Source: Candidatus Thorarchaeota archaeon (GTDB lineage Archaea; Asgardarchaeota; Thorarchaeia; Thorarchaeales; Thorarchaeaceae). Taken from it: a stretch of DNA of 16,083 nucleotides. Below are positions 14,836-16,083 of the stretch, piece by piece. Position 1 is the stretch's first letter. Each line of letters opens with the position of its first letter. The position numbers and the translations under genes were made by a program. Under the pieces are notes generated by a model, which made no database searches, was not told where the DNA came from, and saw only the letters and a program-made list of their open reading frames with translations. The stretch is from positions 1 through 16,083 of the forward strand of contig JBHLRZ010000052.1 in the NCBI GenBank assembly GCA_048882045.1, given 5' to 3'.

Positions 14836-15528
14836 TTGACAATGGCAAAACCGAAGATCCACATCGCGTTTTTTGGAAACAAGAAGAGCATAGAGTATCT
14901 AGCAGTAAGAAGACAGATTGATGATCTGATCATTATCCATAGTCCGGAACATGAGGATATTGTGGCTGAAATCAATAGGAAATACACTGATGCTGGAATC
15001 TCAAGCAAATCTGTAATGGCGACATCAGAGGATTTTACGAATATTCTAGCGTCCGCTCTGAATGCATTGGATTCTCAAAGGTTCAATCAGTATGAAATCG
15101 AGGTTAGTGTATCAACTGATGATTGCTTAATGTCTATGGCAGCATGTATTTGCGCTGCGATTGTAAAAGCATCTATTGTATATATTCAGGGAAATGAAAT
15201 ATTCAATTTTGCTGAAATATGGCCTTCTGAGCTTGTCAATCTATCTTATCAGAAAAGAGAGATCCTATGTTATCTTGAAAGTTGTAAGACACCTGTACAT
15301 CAGAAACAGGTATCAGAAGAAACAGGAATACGACAGTCTGGGATATCTCGACATCTCCGAAATTTGGAGCTGGCGGGTTACGTATCAAGGCGACGAACTT
15401 CTCGTCGAAAACAGGTCAGTATAACTGAGCTTGGTCGTGCCATCCTTCACCATAAGCAAATCAGAAAAAGACGCATCTGGAGTTCATATTCTCTGCCAGT
15501 AGCAGGCAAAATTCAGGCGGTGGGATGA
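14836..15528 (+). CDS. CARF-like Rossmann domain + ArsR/MarR-type wHTH regulator (Csa3/DUF6293-like)
   Basis: Rossmann-like order IHIAFFG / DDLIIIHS / DFTNIL / IEVSVSTDDCLMSMAA / IVYI, and a C-terminal HTH LSYQKREILCYL...QSGISRHLRNLELAGYV...VSITELG. An alternative ATG is at 14842. Confidence 0.75.
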   Translation: MTMAKPKIHIAFFGNKKSIEYLAVRRQIDDLIIIHSPEHEDIVAEINRKYTDAGISSKSVMATSEDFTNILASALNALDSQRFNQYEIEVSVSTDDCLMSMAACICAAIVKASIVYIQGNEIFNFAEIWPSELVNLSYQKREILCYLESCKTPVHQKQVSEETGIRQSGISRHLRNLELAGYVSRRRTSRRKQVSITELGRAILHHKQIRKRRIWSSYSLPVAGKIQAVG

Positions 15529-15532
15529 GAGT

Positions 15533-16083
15533 ATGCGGGATTCAAACTCATTCCTTTTTGAACCGGGATCGGACTCAATGCTAGAAGATTACACAGCGCT
15601 GTATAATGCAGTCGATTCGTTTGACAATCCAGACCATGTTCAGATCTCTGAAGACTATTTTCGTTCTTCTTTCTCGCATCCAAGTGTGGAAGTTGACCGT
15701 GATGTTGTGTTAGTGCAGAATCGTGAGGGGACTCTAGTTGCTGCTGGCACGATAATCTCTCAAGAAACATCACCTATGAGTTCGAGGATGATGGTTCACG
15801 TACATCCAGACTTTCGAAACAGAGGGATTGGTTCAATGGTCTTAAACTATCTCACAGAAATGGGAATGGAAAGAGGTTCATCTCTTTTTGAATGCCGAAT
15901 TCCAAGCTTTCGAACTGATGCAGTAGCATTCGCTGAGTCTCATGGTTTCAAGTATGATTACTCTTGGATCAAGATGAGGTTGGAGTACGACAAACCAATA
16001 GAATCAGAATCACGACCAAAGGAGTTGAGATTCAGAGTCTTGGATCCCAAAAAGGAACTGGAAACATGGGTAGAACTTCATAA
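15533..16083 (+). CDS. GNAT-family N-acetyltransferase (probably tandem GNAT), truncated by the window end; missing from the ORF track
   Basis: Hand-translated open frame from ATG 15533 (MRDSNSFLFEPG...). It has acetyl-CoA motif A VHPDFRNRGIG, motif B AVAFAESHGF, and no stop before 16083. It starts 4 nt after the CARF-HTH stop. Confidence 0.88.
   Translation, partial: MRDSNSFLFEPGSDSMLEDYTALYNAVDSFDNPDHVQISEDYFRSSFSHPSVEVDRDVVLVQNREGTLVAAGTIISQETSPMSSRMMVHVHPDFRNRGIGSMVLNYLTEMGMERGSSLFECRIPSFRTDAVAFAESHGFKYDYSWIKMRLEYDKPIESESRPKELRFRVLDPKKELETWVELH

Noticed and set aside
161-15773. Remaining short track ORFs nested in or antisense to longer genes (e.g. 161-406, 1343-1997, 4008-4316, 7735-8146, 8231-8503, 8606-8994, 9539-9769, 10299-10851, 15176-15424, 15513-15773)
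   Set aside because: They overlap better-supported genes and have no recognisable motifs, so they are treated as shadow ORFs.

Overview
This is a gene-dense archaeal chromosomal window. It most likely comes from an Asgard archaeon (Thorarchaeia-like), which I infer from GGTGA/GGAGG Shine-Dalgarno motifs, TTTATA-type TATA boxes, tandem Lrp/AsnC winged-helix regulators, a longin-like domain protein and a PAS-histidine-kinase-type protein. From left to right it holds: (1) a + strand run of an integral membrane protein, a membrane-inserted calcineurin-like metallophosphoesterase, a TM-domain/CYTH-like fusion and a nucleoside phosphorylase; (2) a DUF2769-like Cys-rich protein; (3) an ~800-bp gap (4703-5500) not explained by the ORF track, which contains three SD-preceded 31-35 aa basic micro-ORFs and many hairpins or three-way junctions, directly downstream of a radical SAM gene; (4) a radical SAM gene plus a tandem Lrp/AsnC regulator, and several small Zn-finger, HTH and membrane genes; (5) a degenerate PAS histidine pseudokinase co-oriented with a longin + tandem-wHTH (NPRL2-like architecture) protein; (6) a large multi-HTH regulator; and (7) a TATA-preceded, GC-rich structured element ahead of an orphan CARF-wHTH (Csa3-like) regulator and a GNAT acetyltransferase truncated by the window end. 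I saw no tRNA, rRNA, CRISPR array or transposase. All family calls come from motif recognition by eye; no searches were run.
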